From Balanoglossus misakiensis (Eukaryota; Animalia; Hemichordata), in assembly GCA_040954595.2 (NCBI GenBank), contig CM082587.2:10359403-10423402 (forward strand): a stretch of DNA of 64,000 nt. The letters run 5' to 3'. The notes beneath the pieces are model-generated. The model was not told where the DNA came from. It saw only the letters and a program-made list of their open reading frames with translations, and searched no databases. Below are positions 38,222 through 51,960 of this stretch, piece by piece. How positions within the stretch are numbered: position 1 is the stretch's first letter; each line of letters begins with the position of its first letter. A program made the position numbers and the translations under genes.

Positions 38222-40039
38222 GAGTCATTCCACAGTAAAGTGCACCCAAAAGTGTGACATTGACCCTTAAAATTCAAACTTTCAATTTGAGTATGAAAGT
38301 TATACAGGTAAAGAGGACAGATGGTCTACCTTATGAAAATATATATTAAAAGATAAACTTGATTCATAGGGTTTCAGTAGAACCGATCGATTGACCTGAT
38401 GTCATGACCAAAGGCAACGCGTGTAACATTGACAGACAATGTTTGGATTGGAGGGGTTTAAATGTAATGACTTGCACAGCTTTTGCTAAGGATAAGTTAA
38501 TTACATTGTATAGGATTTGTTACTGTAGTATTTTGGGAGATAATTATATTTGGAATTTCTTTATTGCTTTTGAACACTAAAATTAAGCATTATTGGTAAC
38601 ATACGTAACATGGACAGACATTTTGAATGATATTCCAATCCGTGCAGCAGCATTGAATACAAATTCGTTGCATCACGAACACTGGACTGGAAATAAAGGT
38701 AACAGTGATGTGGCAGTGTTTTATGATTATCAATTTGACATTGTAATGCTCTCCCTAGCCTTCTACCATGTTATACTACATTTATAAACATCCAGTAAAC
38801 CAATTCTAATAATGCACCATAGCTGCCACTCCACCCATCTTTGCATCAATCACTGCATGCAGCTTTCAAGTCTAACCCGGGCCCTGTGTAATGCACTGTC
38901 TTCAAGCTGTAAGTTATGGCTACTTTGTATTTTCCTTTCATATTTTAACTTCAGTTTCTGGTTCATATTCACGGAGCATGATGAAATACCCAGTATTAAG
39001 CTTATCAACACAGTCTATATGTGTACGGTCAGTATTATTAGTTATCAAACAGTAATAATAATGGTCACTATACACAAACTGGCCATGGCTGTGTGGCAGG
39101 CAGAGTTCAAGGTATTTAGCATGCTATATGAAGGGTGATAAACTGTAGCAGGCATGCAGAACTAAAATTAAAATAGCCAAAGTTACAGCTAATGTCACCT
39201 CAACCAGCTTATCCTCTTAGGGCTTAACCACGCCAAGTGCACCTTGCCTACAGTTTTCCTTTCTTTTGTAATGCAGTTGGCCACTTTCATAATCACTAGG
39301 TGACCTTACATCCAGGTATTTTCATTGGTATGTTGTATGATGATGTACCACCAAAAATACCAGGATGTATGGTCACTTAAGGGGTCATGAAAGTGACCTA
39401 TTAGCTCCCATGCTTTTTTTTCGCTCTCTCTGAACAACTCTTCTTTAAGCACTTGCCAGTCCCAAGCCTGGATGAAGTGTGAGGAAGCCCTTAAAATTCA
39501 AAATTGAGTGTTCACTGTAGAAACTTGTTCACACTATAGATTTGAAAATAACAAGTCAGTATGGTCATAATAATAGCAGGTAGGTTGAGTCCTAATTTGG
39601 GCCAAGAAGAGGAATACTCAGAATATCAACCAACGAAAAAAACCACCATGTTTCAACCAAACAACAAGTAATTTATTCACTGTCAATGCAATGCAGTAAC
39701 TTTAACCACAATAACTGGACTCGATCTGTCCAACACATGTAAGTTACACCACCAGATCAGTTCTGATCACAGTCAAAGCAACTAGGTGTATGGTAACACT
39801 GAATGCAAAATGCAATGCAACATAGCTTACTGTTATGTCCATACAATTTTTAAAACAAGACATGTTTTAAAGATACTGCTAATCCTTTGAAGGACATACC
39901 GTACAAAAGAAAACACCAAGGTAAGTTTGCAAATGTTTGCTCTTAACAGTCAGTCATTTTCTTATATCAACAGTTAAAAATTTTACAGTACCCTAATGCA
40001 TTAGTCTGAGAAACACAGAATTCAGGTAAGTTTAGATTG

Positions 40040-40350
40040 ACTCTAATGAAACTCTTCAAACATCCGAGGAACACAACACAATAGTTCTCAACCCGGCCTG
40101 GAACTACTGATGACATTCTGGTAAGTTTACATTGTCTATAACAAAATTTTTCAAACACCAGAGGAACACTGGGTTATGTGACATTGTAGTACTCAACCCG
40201 GTCCGGTACTACTGCGACATTTAGGTAACTAAGTTTACATTGTTTATAACAAGATTTTTCAAACACCAGAGGAACACTTTACAATTGTACTCAACGCCTC
40301 CTGATGACATTCTGGTAAGTTTACATTGTCTGTGATGAAACTTTCAAACA
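40040..40350. repeat. Degenerate tandem repeats of about 100-120 bp downstream of the Sola transposase
   Basis: Recurrent GACATT..GGTAAGTTTACATTG..TTTTCAAACACCAGAGGAACAC. Confidence 0.65.
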
Positions 40351-40380
40351 TCAGTGGTACCAATACAATAGTACTTGCAC

Positions 40381-43300
40381 CTAACCTAAAGCCATCTCTG
40401 CAAGTTCTGATGCAGCTTTAATTTTATCAGAGTCAAACATGAAATGTTCTCTATTAGTCAGTGATTTCAGACTAATTGTTGTTATTATTTCTGTCTTGGG
40501 CACCCATGATAAATCCTCATTTGATGGCCACACATATTTGCCTTCGGACACCCTCTTCATGAATTTAACTTGATATAGATTTCCGTCTTCTTGGACAATC
40601 TGCATGAATAAAAAAAGTTTGGGCAATTAAAAATATTAATTTTGTTTACTAATATGTACAAGCCATGATTTGAGCCTTACAGTTCATTTTCTTAAAACCC
40701 ACATTTTCTTACATCTTTCAAAATGTTACTGCAAAAATATCTTGACGATAAAGGATTAAATTGAGATCAAAATGAAGTAAGAGTATATTTGTGAATGTTT
40801 ACATTTGTACATACCTGCCCAAGAAACATATGTGGTCTACCCCGAGCACTCTCAACTCGTGCCAGGATGAAGTCACAAATGTTATAGCCCACACATGACG
40901 ATGTCTCAATACAGTCCGTCTCAATGCCATCTTCACCAAGCTGGTCAGTCTCCTTATCATTTCTGAAATCAGCTGCAGATTCTGAAATAACAGCCAGAAA
41001 GAGAAAAACATTAACATACATGATTAACCAAACACAAGCCACCAACTGGGCAATACAATTCTGATTTGGCAGAGGAACAAAATCATGGTTCATTTTACTT
41101 GGTTTGAACAATAAAATTCATTCCCACTGAAAATGAAATATCTCCAAGTTCTATGAAGGGCACATCAATATTTATAATGGTTAACATGGTTCAGTGGATC
41201 CAGGTATACTCAAAGTTTTGATAAGGTAAGTTAATATGTATGTATAGAAAATACCTGTGTCAGCACATATTGAAGGGGATAGCTTCAGCATTCTCCAGGG
41301 ATCCACCCATCTTCGGTTTTCACAACCATTGGCTCCTTCTAGGCAGTGGTTGCAGTAACAGGACAAGTTTCTACTTTGAAGTGTATACATTATGCCAGTA
41401 CTGCGGACAGAGTGCAACTGTCGAGTCCCTTTGACAGTTTTAACCATACGAGCGGGCCGGTTGCGTTGGATGTCACCAGTTGGTGTCCAAAAGAAGGTAC
41501 GTCTGAATGTCTCTGAGTCAGATTCTTTTGCCAAGGATTTCTCGCAAAAGTCATATACAGCCTGTGGTGTGGTAGGTATGAAGTCTCCATTTTTGACTGC
41601 CCTAGATAATGCTGCCTTTATAACGCCACCTTCTCCGTCACATGGCCCCTTGCCGTGACGTGAACCAAAGTAGTTTCTTTCGATTGAACACTGGACATCA
41701 TGTTCTGCAAATGACACATCTGCAAATGGTGTTCGGGATTTGTACTGGCTTGAACATCCGTCTGAAAATATGACAAGTCTCTTCACATCAAGCTTGCGTA
41801 CATTTCTTAAATGTTCACAAACAGTCCCGGTGAACTTTTGAACAGCATGGCTGTCATGAACTAGATCACTGGAAATGAAATTCACTGCCTCTCTGATCAC
41901 TTGACCATTGCCATCTTTGTAATATGCAATAACAGGATAAATTGTAACCAGGGTATGGTTCCAGTGTGCAGACTGTATCTCATCTTGCATTTGGCACGTA
42001 TAGTTTTCTGCAAAATCCATGCAGAGCACTACAGTATCAGGCGGTGGATTTTTGGAGATACTATTGAACTGTGCATATTGCCAGTATGCGGTGAACATGT
42101 GACGACTGAAGGAAACCAGTTCTTCTGACAGCTCGTTGACTAGTTCTCGAATGGTGCCAGTCTTTTGCACAAGGCACTTTTTCTTCTTACTCTCTGGACC
42201 CTCAGATACACTAACACTCTCCCATTTCAGCCAACAGGTTTGTCTCTCTATACATGATAATGGCTCTAGTTTGTCTTTCACACGCTGGACTCCACACTTC
42301 TGGCATGCTCTGTTGATACAGCCAAGATCATGGTGTCTGCTGTCAGCTTCTTTTGCACAAAGACTCATCTCAACTGCATCATACTTATTGTTGATTCTCA
42401 TTGCTGATAAGTTGAATCTGGTAGCCAATTTGTTGATTTCTTTTAACTTTAACTAAATGTTCACACAATATTCACATAAACATTGGTTAAGTTTTCGGTG
42501 TTGTTGAACCTTGACATTTTTTGGCCTCAATTCACAGAACTTGGAAAGCCCAACTTGTTTTTCTGGATTTTCTTGTGACCACTCCTTGTGAACGTTTTTC
42601 AACGATTTATTCAGAATATGAGTCTGAAGCGATGTCTTCTTACCGACAGTGTTTTTTCCTGGTAACTGAACAGACACATCTGGGCGAATATAGAAATCGT
42701 GTATTGATGTTTTAGCAATGCATGACACACTATCAGATCTTTGCTTTTTCTCCAAAGTAGTGATGGATGAGGCTTTAACCAAGGTCTGCCATCGTATACC
42801 AAGTTGATCGCTTACTCTTCGTTTATGACAGTACCTGCTTTTAGTGCTTTTAGCAAGTGCCATCAGAAAGGTTCTTCGAGCTACCCCTTTCTTGCCCAGT
42901 GACTTGTAGGTTGATCTCAGGGTTTTACAGATACCAACCAGTTCCCTCTTTTCTTCAGCAGACTCTAACCCTAAAGCTTGTACTGCAGCCCTCTTTCTTG
43001 GAGACAGATTTGTAACAAGACCTTGTACAATTTCTGCGTACTTCTTTGGAGAACTGGGGAGACGTGATTTCATTCTATTGACAGCTTTTCTTCTTGTACA
43101 GTCCTTAATATATCCAGAATTGGTACTCGCTCGTTTCTTCATTTTCTCTTCTTTTGCTCTCTTTGCTTGGTTTATTTTTTCTCGTTTCTGTTTCTTCATT
43201 AGGGCATCTTTCTCTCTTACTCTTCTTCTTTTTTGGGAAGACATGTGAGCTCTTTCTCTTCTTTTCATTTCTCGCCAGTATTCTCTCCTCTTCTCCTGTT

Positions 43301-43670
43301 TCTGTTGACCTAGCCTAGTAAATGGTTGCATTTTGGATGTGCTAGCTTCTTGACTGAATAGTGGCTCTAACTTCTTCCGTGCTCTATATTTCCTCATTCG
43401 GAGTCTTGCCAATTCTCTCTGCCTTTCTTTTTGTTTTTCAGTTGAATTTTGTCTGTAGTTTTTTGATCTTTCACAATTCTTCTCTTTGTACTCTTGATAC
43501 TTCTCCTTGTTTTCTTTCAGTCCTTGTCTATACCTTTTCATAGCTGATGCTTTCCTTGATGAACTTTTGTTTTCTTTATCAACATTCCCATTTATGTCAC
43601 TTGCACCCCCCGTCTCTGTTGGGCTGGAGAATCGTTCCATGCACCTGAGCTTCATCTTGAGGAGTGCCAT
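40381..43670 (-). pseudogene. Sola2-type transposase, exons 43670-41255, 40981-40815, 40599-40381
   Basis: Basic coiled N-terminus; FCELRPKNV..CLCEYC; MDFAENY..EIQSAHW; FSDGCSSQYKS; HGKGPCDGEGG; SCYCNHC. A single in-frame TAG at 42455-42453 splits the two annotated ORFs. Confidence 0.88.
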
Positions 43671-43681
43671 TTTACAGTACG

Positions 43682-44393
43682 TCAATTTGTGTAAACACTG
43701 ATAACACAATCTTGAAATATATCCACAATTAAGGTGTCAAACTCATCCAAGGTGACATCATCAGGATCCAATGAGAGCATGAAATATTCAAGTCTTTGGT
43801 AAGCACTATTCAGTATTGTAAGTATATCATCAAGCCTGAATTTAATACCACGTGCATCCAAGTCCAACAGCAAAGGTAAGTCACATACTATGCTAACTAC
43901 ACCACCAGGAGAGACATTGGTGAACCCAATATGTAGGTGTTCCAGACACTTACAACGTGCAATTAAGATTGCATCCTCTTGGTGAAGGAAAAGATTAGTG
44001 CATTCTGACAGACACAAAATCCTAAGATAAGGAAGGTAAGTGAGAAACCCAAGTGTTGACAATTTACAGCCGGTCAGGTCCAGGTAAGTGATATGGTGTG
44101 AGTGAGAGAAATACCCACGAAAAAGTGAATCAATGTCAAATATTGATAAGTGAATCTCTGCATAAGGTATGGAAAAAGTCCGGAACTGCATAGAGTGTTG
44201 CAAAATGTCTTGCATCTGTTGTGCATCTATTGTACATGTGTGACCACTGCAGTCAACATTTTTCCAAGGAGCACTCTCAGATTTTACAAATTTGTGAAGT
44301 TGTTTGCAACAGAGACACAGACCGTAACAGCTCTGTTATAGTCAAATACTGTAGCACTTTCCTCAACACCACGTAAGGCAGTGACATCAACAT
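43682..44393 (-). pseudogene. F-box plus leucine-rich-repeat (FBXL-like) gene inside the Sola2 element
   Basis: From ATG 44393: MLMSLPYVVLRKVLQYLTITELLRSVSL, frameshift near 44309, then CKQLHKFVKSESAPWKNVD (F-box consensus), followed by LRRs ITYLDLTGC, LRILCLSEC, LEHLHIGFT, LLDLDARGI. Confidence 0.8.
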
Positions 44394-46011
44394 CAAATCT
44401 ACAGTAGCTGCGGTAGCTGTCAAGATGCTCCAAAACCAGTTAATTGTCCCTTAAAAGAAAAATGGAGGACTATATATTACAGGATGCACACTAAAAAAAT
44501 TGTAGTTGATCTTTGATGTAATGACATTTATGTTTGTTCAGTTGGTAAATTCTTACAGCATCACAGTCAAAACCACGAAGAAAATAAAAAGACAGAAAAA
44601 AACCCACACACTCACATAAACCTCCCAAAACATGATGACCCCCCCCCCCTTATGAAAATATAAAACCACATAGCCCCCCTCCCCTGTTAATCAAATGTAA
44701 ATTCAACATCATAGTAACATATAGTAAGCATTGAATCTGAATATTCTGATTGGATAATACCAGGCCGATTTCGTATTTTTATGCTATTTCCCAGAAGAAA
44801 AAAAGGGAGGGCAAAGGTAGACTTTCAGGGCCGGTAGAAAATTACTCTATTATGATTTTTCTTCACTTGTCCCGTCGGGCACGGACGTAGAAACGGGCAT
44901 TAGAGTTTGACTTGAATGAACGTGACTTTCAACCGTAAGTGTCTATCCCTGATCATCATCTATCCTGCCCGAAAACTGAAAGAACGCACGTCACCATTGA
45001 CGGATTACGGGTATCTGTCCTTGATTACGATCGTGGTAATTTCTGTACACGCAAATCTGTCAACAACAATCAACATACAATTCGAACGCCTGCGTAACGT
45101 ATCGGAAATTTCACGAGACTTGACAGAAAAACTTCAAATTAATTGATTATTTTAGACCACAACCAAAATATACATAAAACTGCTCATTTTTGAAAAAAAT
45201 ATATAAAAACTTACCCGTTCGTAACGCCAGAACGGACGTAACAAAATTGACAGAAAGTCATCACATCCTCCCGGTAGACAAGCAAAGCGTCGGATGATTC
45301 CATTCGGTGTACAGTGCACAGGGTAGTAGACTGCCCTCATCGAGAGGGACCAACGTTTGAAAAATGCTGCGAGATTTTTTTCATTTTTGTGTAAAAAGTG
45401 GTCAGGAACGTTCGTAACATGTTTGACAGAACTTCAATGACATTTTTTTACTCAAAAGAAAAACCCATACTTCACGATCATTCAAGATTTGATCATTATC
45501 ACCGAGAAGTCGCCCTTACATGCCAACTGCACCATGGGTAAAACGTTGCTGTTGTGCATCAGAGAGTGTGTTACTCGTTTCCTCAAAACCCCAGGATGAT
45601 TGACAGACGTGGTTACGAACGTTCCGATTTTTGGGGGGTGAAAAAAATGGCCCTTTCTCGTAAAATTTTTGTGCCGATCATTTGTGTATGAGAAAGCCCC
45701 ATAATGTCTCAAAGATAATAGCTTGCCCATAGGAATGCAATGTATTTCACTTTGAGCAAAAATAACTTCATATAAATGTAATTCATGAATGTCACAAATT
45801 GCTGCATGAAATAAGCCCACCACACAGAGTTAAAAAAAAAATATTTATTGAAGCGCTCAACACACATCATTCATATTATTTTTTTTGTCAGCTGGGACAA
45901 TGTTTCAATCATACAAAGAAGAATTATGTTTAAGACATGCATAGATTTAGGAATATAAAGGTGTTAAACATTGAGTTTAAAAAGTTGCACTTTACTGTGG
46001 AATGACTCATC

Positions 46012-49000
46012 ATGCACATAATTAATGAGGTAAAGTATAAGGCTCCATTAGGAGTTCCATGCCTCCAAATGCCAAGGCTGTATCTGCATGGGTTGCCGAG
46101 ATATGGTAAAGTAGGTCAAAGGTCACCTGAGGTCACCCAAAATTGGGCAAGATATTTTAACCCCATACTGGTCCATGTTCAACAAAAATCAAACCTCTAG
46201 CCCTATTGGTTAGCCTGGAATTAGGTATGCACATAATTAATGAGACAAGCAGGTGTCACAGGTGACCCCCAATTTTGTCTTTTCAATTTTAGTCACAACC
46301 CTCCAAACGCCAAGTCTGTACCTGCTGTGGATGCCGAGATATAGGAAAGTAAGTCAAAGGTCACCTGAGGTCACCCAAAATTTGGACAAAAATTTTTGAT
46401 CCCATACTGGTCCATGTCCCACAAGAACAAAACCTCTAACCCTAATAGTTAGCCCGGAATTAGGTATGCACATAATTAATGAGTTAAGCAGGTGTTACAG
46501 GTGAGCCCAAAATTTTGTCTTTTATTTTGGTCCCATTCAGCTCACGGGCCACTAGACTGTCACTGTACAGGACAATTGCACAGACGTGGACATAGCGTCA
46601 AGGCTTAACTATAGAAAGTATAGGCCTATGGCTGGGTCCACAAATATGTCAAATAATATTTAATAATCTTCTTCTCAAAATAGACTTGGCCCACGGCCTT
46701 GACATTTGGCATGTAGGACACTGACCACATGGTCCGCAAAAATTGCTAAAAGAATTTTGATATCTCCATTCATATGCAAATTAGGCCCATTTGAAAACTT
46801 TGCCCATATATGGTCATCAGGTCACATGACTTATTAAACATTCACGAGGGTACTGCACCAGCTCTCATAGGCCTGCATCACTGTGCCAAGTTTGAGATTT
46901 GTAGGTTCAGCCGTTTTCAAGATCCTATTGGGCAAAAAAACTACACAAGAAAAAGAAGAGGATGCAAGCAGCGATGATGGGCACAAGCTTAAGCCGAAGG
47001 TCAAAGGTCATATGTGGTCACCCAAAATTTGGGCAAAAAATTTTGACCCCATTCTAGTCCAGGTCCAACAAAAACCAGACCTCTAGCCCCATTGGTTCGC
47101 CTAGAATTAGATATGCACATAATTAATGAGGTAAAGTATAAGGCTCCATTAGGAGTTCCATGCCTCCAAATGCCAAGGCTTTATCTGCGCTGGATGCCAA
47201 GATATAGCAAAGTAGGTCAAAGGTCACCTGAGGTCACCCAAAATTTGGGCAAAATTTTTGACTCCATACTGATCCATGTCCCACAAGAACAAAACCTCTA
47301 GCCCTATTGGTTAGCCTGGAATTAGGTATGCACATAATTAATGAGATATGCAGGTGTCACAGGTGACCCCCATTTTGGCTTTTCAATTTTAGTCCCAACC
47401 CTACAAGCGCCAAGTCTGTACCTGCTCTCGATGCCGAGCTATGGTAAAGTAGGTCAAAGGTCACCTGAGGTCACCAAAATTTGGGCAAAAATGTTTGACC
47501 CCATACTAGTCCATGTCCCACCAGATCAAAACCTCTAGCCCTATTAGTTAGCCCGTAATTAGGTATGCACATAATTAATGAGGTAAGCAGGTGTTACAGG
47601 TGAGCCCGAAATTTTGCCTTTTATTTTGGTCCCATTCTGTTCACTGGCCAATAGACAGTCACTGTACAGGACCATTGCTCAGACCAGAATTCCCCAATAA
47701 GACATGTACATAGCTTAACTATAGAGGCATAAGTAGCCTAAAGGTATAAATTTAATAAAAAAATTAATATAAAAAAATCGGTCGATTTTCCATATTATTA
47801 TTTTTCGCTTAAAATGATTGTCGGAAAGTAGGGTACCTGCACACTAAATTTGAACTTGATCAGCCGGGCTGATTTTGAGATAATGGGCATGAATCCAATA
47901 TCCCAGGTGGCCATAGCTTTACTATAGAGGTACATGTATGAGAATTGGTTCAGTTTTCATAAAAAAATTCATATAAAAAAATTGGTCGATTTCAGCTGGG
48001 ATTTTTTTTTGCTTAAAATGATTGACAGAAGGTAGGCTAGCTGCACACCAAATTTGAACTTAATCGGCCCAACAGATTTTGAGATATTTTTGCATATATA
48101 TCCAAAATAATATGTGGTCATAGCTTAACTATGGAAAGTATAGGCACTTGGCTTGGTCGAAAAATATGAAAAATAATACTTAAAAATCTTCTTCTCTAAA
48201 TTGGCATGGCCAATGGCCTTGATATTTGGCATATAGAACCCAGGCCATATGGTCCACAAAGTATGTTAACAGAATTTTGATATCTCCATTCATATGCAAA
48301 TAAGGCCGATTTGAAAATTTTGCCCATATATGGTCATCAGGTCACGTGACTAATTAAACATTCACAAGGGTACTGCACCAGCTCTCATTGGCCTGCACCA
48401 TTGTGCCAAGTTTGAAATTGGTAGGTTTAGCCGTTTTTCAGATCTAGCTGACAAAAAAAACGACAGAAGAAGAAGAAAAAGAATTAAAGCTGCGAGCAGC
48501 ATTGTCGGGCCCAAGCGCAGATCTTGAATTACATATGCACAGTATGAATGAGAAAAAACAGAATTTTCTATCGGATGTATTATCTCATGACATGACAAGG
48601 ATGTGTGTATTTTTGCTGCTGAAATAGGGTGAAGTAGGTCAAAGGTCACCTGAGGTCACCCAACATTTGGGCAATTTTTTTGACCCATACTGGTCCATGT
48701 CCAACAAAAACCAAAACTCTAGCTCTATTGGTTCGTCTGTAATTAGGTATGTGCATATTTAATGAGGTCAGCAGGTGTCACAGGTGAACCAAAAATGTGG
48801 CTTTACATTTTGGTCCCATCCTACCAAATGCCATGGCTGTATCTGCTCTGGATGCTGAGATATGCGAAAGTAGGTCAAAGGTCACCAGAGGTCACCCAAC
48901 AATTGGACAAACATTTTTGATCCCATACTGGTCCATGTCCAACAAAAACCAAACCTCTAGCTCTATTGGTTCGCCTGTAATTAGCTATGCACATAATTAA

Positions 49001-51130
49001 TGAGGTCAGCAGAGGTCAAAGGGGTCATGAAAAGTAGCAAAATATTTTGATCACACACTAATCCACATGCATCAAAAACCAAAAGTCTAGCCCTATAGGT
49101 TAGCCTGGAATTAGATATGCAGAAATAATAACGCGTGATAAGTAGGTCAAAGGTCATGTGAAAAATCGCCAAAAATTTGTAACATATTTTAGTCACATGA
49201 CGATTGATATCCATGAACAGAATTTAGATGCTATCAATTTTTAGACAAGGAAAAGGAATTTCAATTTTTCACTGCTTTTTACAAAATCCAATATGGCCGC
49301 CATAATCTTCGACCAATCACAATGCTCTTTGCAGACTTGATAGACATCAGTGTTGTGACCATACTCCCCGAATCTTGCGACTCAGTTATTGCCCGTTCTG
49401 GAGAAGAAGATTTTTGCAGTTTTACTATGGTTTTTCGAAAATCCAATATGGCCGCCATAATCTTCGACCAATCACAATGCTTCTTATCAAACTTGATAGA
49501 CATCAGTTAGGTGACCACATACCCCAAACCGCGTCACTTGGTTATCACCGGTTCTGGAGAAGAAGATTTTTGAAATTTAAGCCAGATTTCAGAAAAAAAA
49601 TTGTAGCAAAAAAACTGCAACATTTACAGCAAAATATCCAATTACAAAAATGATGGGTAGAAGGTAGACCACCTGCACACCAAATTTGAAGTCGATCTGA
49701 CTTGTAGTTTCTGAGATCTGAGATTTGCATTTTTTCAGAAAATCCAATATGGCCGCCAGGTCACGTGACTAATTAAAAATTCAAGGGTTCAATGCACGAC
49801 TACTCATTGACCTTGACCACTGTAGCAAGTTTGAAAACTGTACCTGCAGTGGTGTCTGAGATCTAGAGCGACAAAGAAGTGAACCAAGAATAAAGAAAGA
49901 AAGAAAGAAAGAAAAACCCCAACGAAACCAATAGGGCCCAAGCGCTGCTATGCGCTTGGGCCCTAAAAACTCCAGTAAAAAATATAGCTGCAAGCAGCAA
50001 TAGCGGGCCCAAGCCAACATGCACATAGCAACATAGGAATAAGCATATCTGCTCTTGATGCCAATATATGGTAAAGTAGGTCGAAGGTCAACTGAGGTCA
50101 TGTTATATTTGGGCAAGAAATTTTTACCGTATACTGGTCCATGTTCAACAAAAACCAAACCTATAGCCCTATTGGTTAGCCTGGAATTAGGTATGCACAT
50201 AATTAATGAGATATGCAGGTGTCACAGGTGACCCCAAATTTTGGCTTTTCACTTTCAGTCCTAACCCTCCAAACGCCAAGTTTGTACCTGCTCTGGATAC
50301 CAAGATATGGTAAAGTAGGTCAAAGGTCACCTGAGGTCATGCAAAATTTAGGCAAGAAATTTTGACCCTATACTGGCCCATGTTCAACAAAAACCAAACC
50401 TATAGCCCTATTAGTTAGCCTGGAATTAGGTATGGACATAATTAATGAGATATGCAGGTGTCACAGGTGAGCCCAAAATTTTGCATTTTATTTTGGTCCC
50501 ATTCTGCTTACTGGCCAATAGACAGTCACTTTACAGGACCATTGCACAGACCAGAATTCCACAATAAGAAGTGGACATAGCTTAACTATGGAGGTATAAG
50601 TAAAGGTATAAATTTAATAAAAAAATTAATATAAAAAAATCGGTTGATTTTTCATATTATTTTTTTTTTTCGCTTAAAATGATTAACAAACGCTAGGCTA
50701 GCTGCACAGCAACTTTGGAATTGATCGGCCGAACAGATTTTGAGAGATGTATGTATATTTATCCAAAATAATCTGTGGTCATAGCTTAATTATGTAAAGT
50801 ATAGGCCCATGGCTTGGGCGAAAAATATGGAAAATAATACTTAAAAATCTTCTTCTCAAAATTGACATGGCTTATGGCCTTGACATTTAGCATGTAGAAC
50901 CCTGGCCATATGGTCCACAAAGCATCTGAACAGAATTTTGATATCTCCATTCATATGCAAATTAGGCCAAATTGAAAATTTTGCCCATATATGGTCATCA
51001 GGTCACATGACTAATTACACATTCACAAGGGTACTGCACAAGCTCTCATAGGCCTGCACCATTGTGCCAAATGTGAGATTTGTAGGTTCAGCCGTTTTCA
51101 AGATCTAGCTGGACAAAAAAACGACACAAG

Positions 51131-51162
<32 letters not shown>

Positions 51163-51166
51163 GAAG
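46012..51166 (+). mobile_element. Stack of Helentron-associated non-autonomous elements (new starts near 46962, 48487, 49981)
   Basis: Each unit begins (AGCT)GC(A/G)AGCAGC..GGG(C/A)CAAGC, contains the shared internal repeats and ends in an A/GAA-rich tract. Terminal palindrome GGGCCCAAGCGC..GCGCTTGGGCCC at about 49934-49963. Confidence 0.78.
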
Positions 51167-51479
51167 AAATATAGCTGCCAAGCAGCAATGGCGGGCCCAA
51201 GCCAAAATAGCGCATAGCAACAAACCTTAGTTGAACAGCAAAGCAATATTTTGGTCGATTTTGTGTAATGCGTTGATATACCTTCTCCTAGTGATACATA
51301 CAGCTACAATGGCTATTGAAACTTTGTGCAGGAAGGGGCTGTTTGACCTGTGTGCACTTGAATCCAAAGCTGTCCTACATACTAGCTTTGAGGTTGACGG
51401 ATCCGAAAACGAATGTGATTACGGAAATACGTCTACAGTAGGGGTCAGCTGATTACTGGTGAGTGTAATTCGCTAACAT

Positions 51480-51960
51480 GTCGAAGTTTTGAAAGTGGTA
51501 GTAATCGCTTTATCGGTGATTTTAAGGAGTGGAAACGTGGGCGGTGACAATTGTGTAGTTGTAGTTTATCTAGCGGTAGTGTGATTTTGATGATATGAGA
51601 GACGATGTCAGTTTAATTTGAGTTATATTTTGACACGTACAGAGGCAAGTCCAATACAATATGGCGGCGACCGTGTGTTTTGCAGAGTTCCTTACGCAAT
51701 AATTTATGCTGACATGTCTGAGTTGTAAAAGTGGTGTAAATGTTAATCACTTCATCGGTGATTTGGATGAGTGGAAAGCTGGATGGTGACGGTTTTGTAG
51801 TTGTAGTAGTTGATCCGGCGGTAGTGAGATTTTGATTATATGAGAGGCGATGTCAGTTTCATTAGGGTTTTAATAGTTTTATTTTCACACATATAAACAA
51901 GGTCAGTCGAATTCAATATGGCGGCGACCATGTATTTCGCAGATAGCCTACGCAATAATT
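51480..51960 (+). repeat. Diverged direct repeat (about 240-270 bp) in the Helentron 5' region, each copy with CAATATGGCGGCG
   Basis: 51480-51700 resembles 51720-51960; YY1-like motif near 51657 and 51914. Confidence 0.6.

Larger units (their letters stand above)
38222..46008 (-). mobile_element. Sola2-type DNA transposon (7.8 kb)
   Basis: TIR GAGTCATTCCACAGTAAAGTGCA / TGCACTTTACTGTGGAATGACTC; ATGC on both sides (38218-38221 and 46012-46015, the latter after 3 extra nt ATC); Sola-type transposase motifs. Confidence 0.85.

Noticed and set aside
39300-39376. Imperfect inverted repeat inside the Sola element
   Set aside because: Short and mismatched, with no TSD or second copy to support a call.
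46012-50200. Short ORFs within the HINE stack
   Set aside because: They arise from repeated non-coding units, have no recognisable domains and are not preserved in frame between copies.
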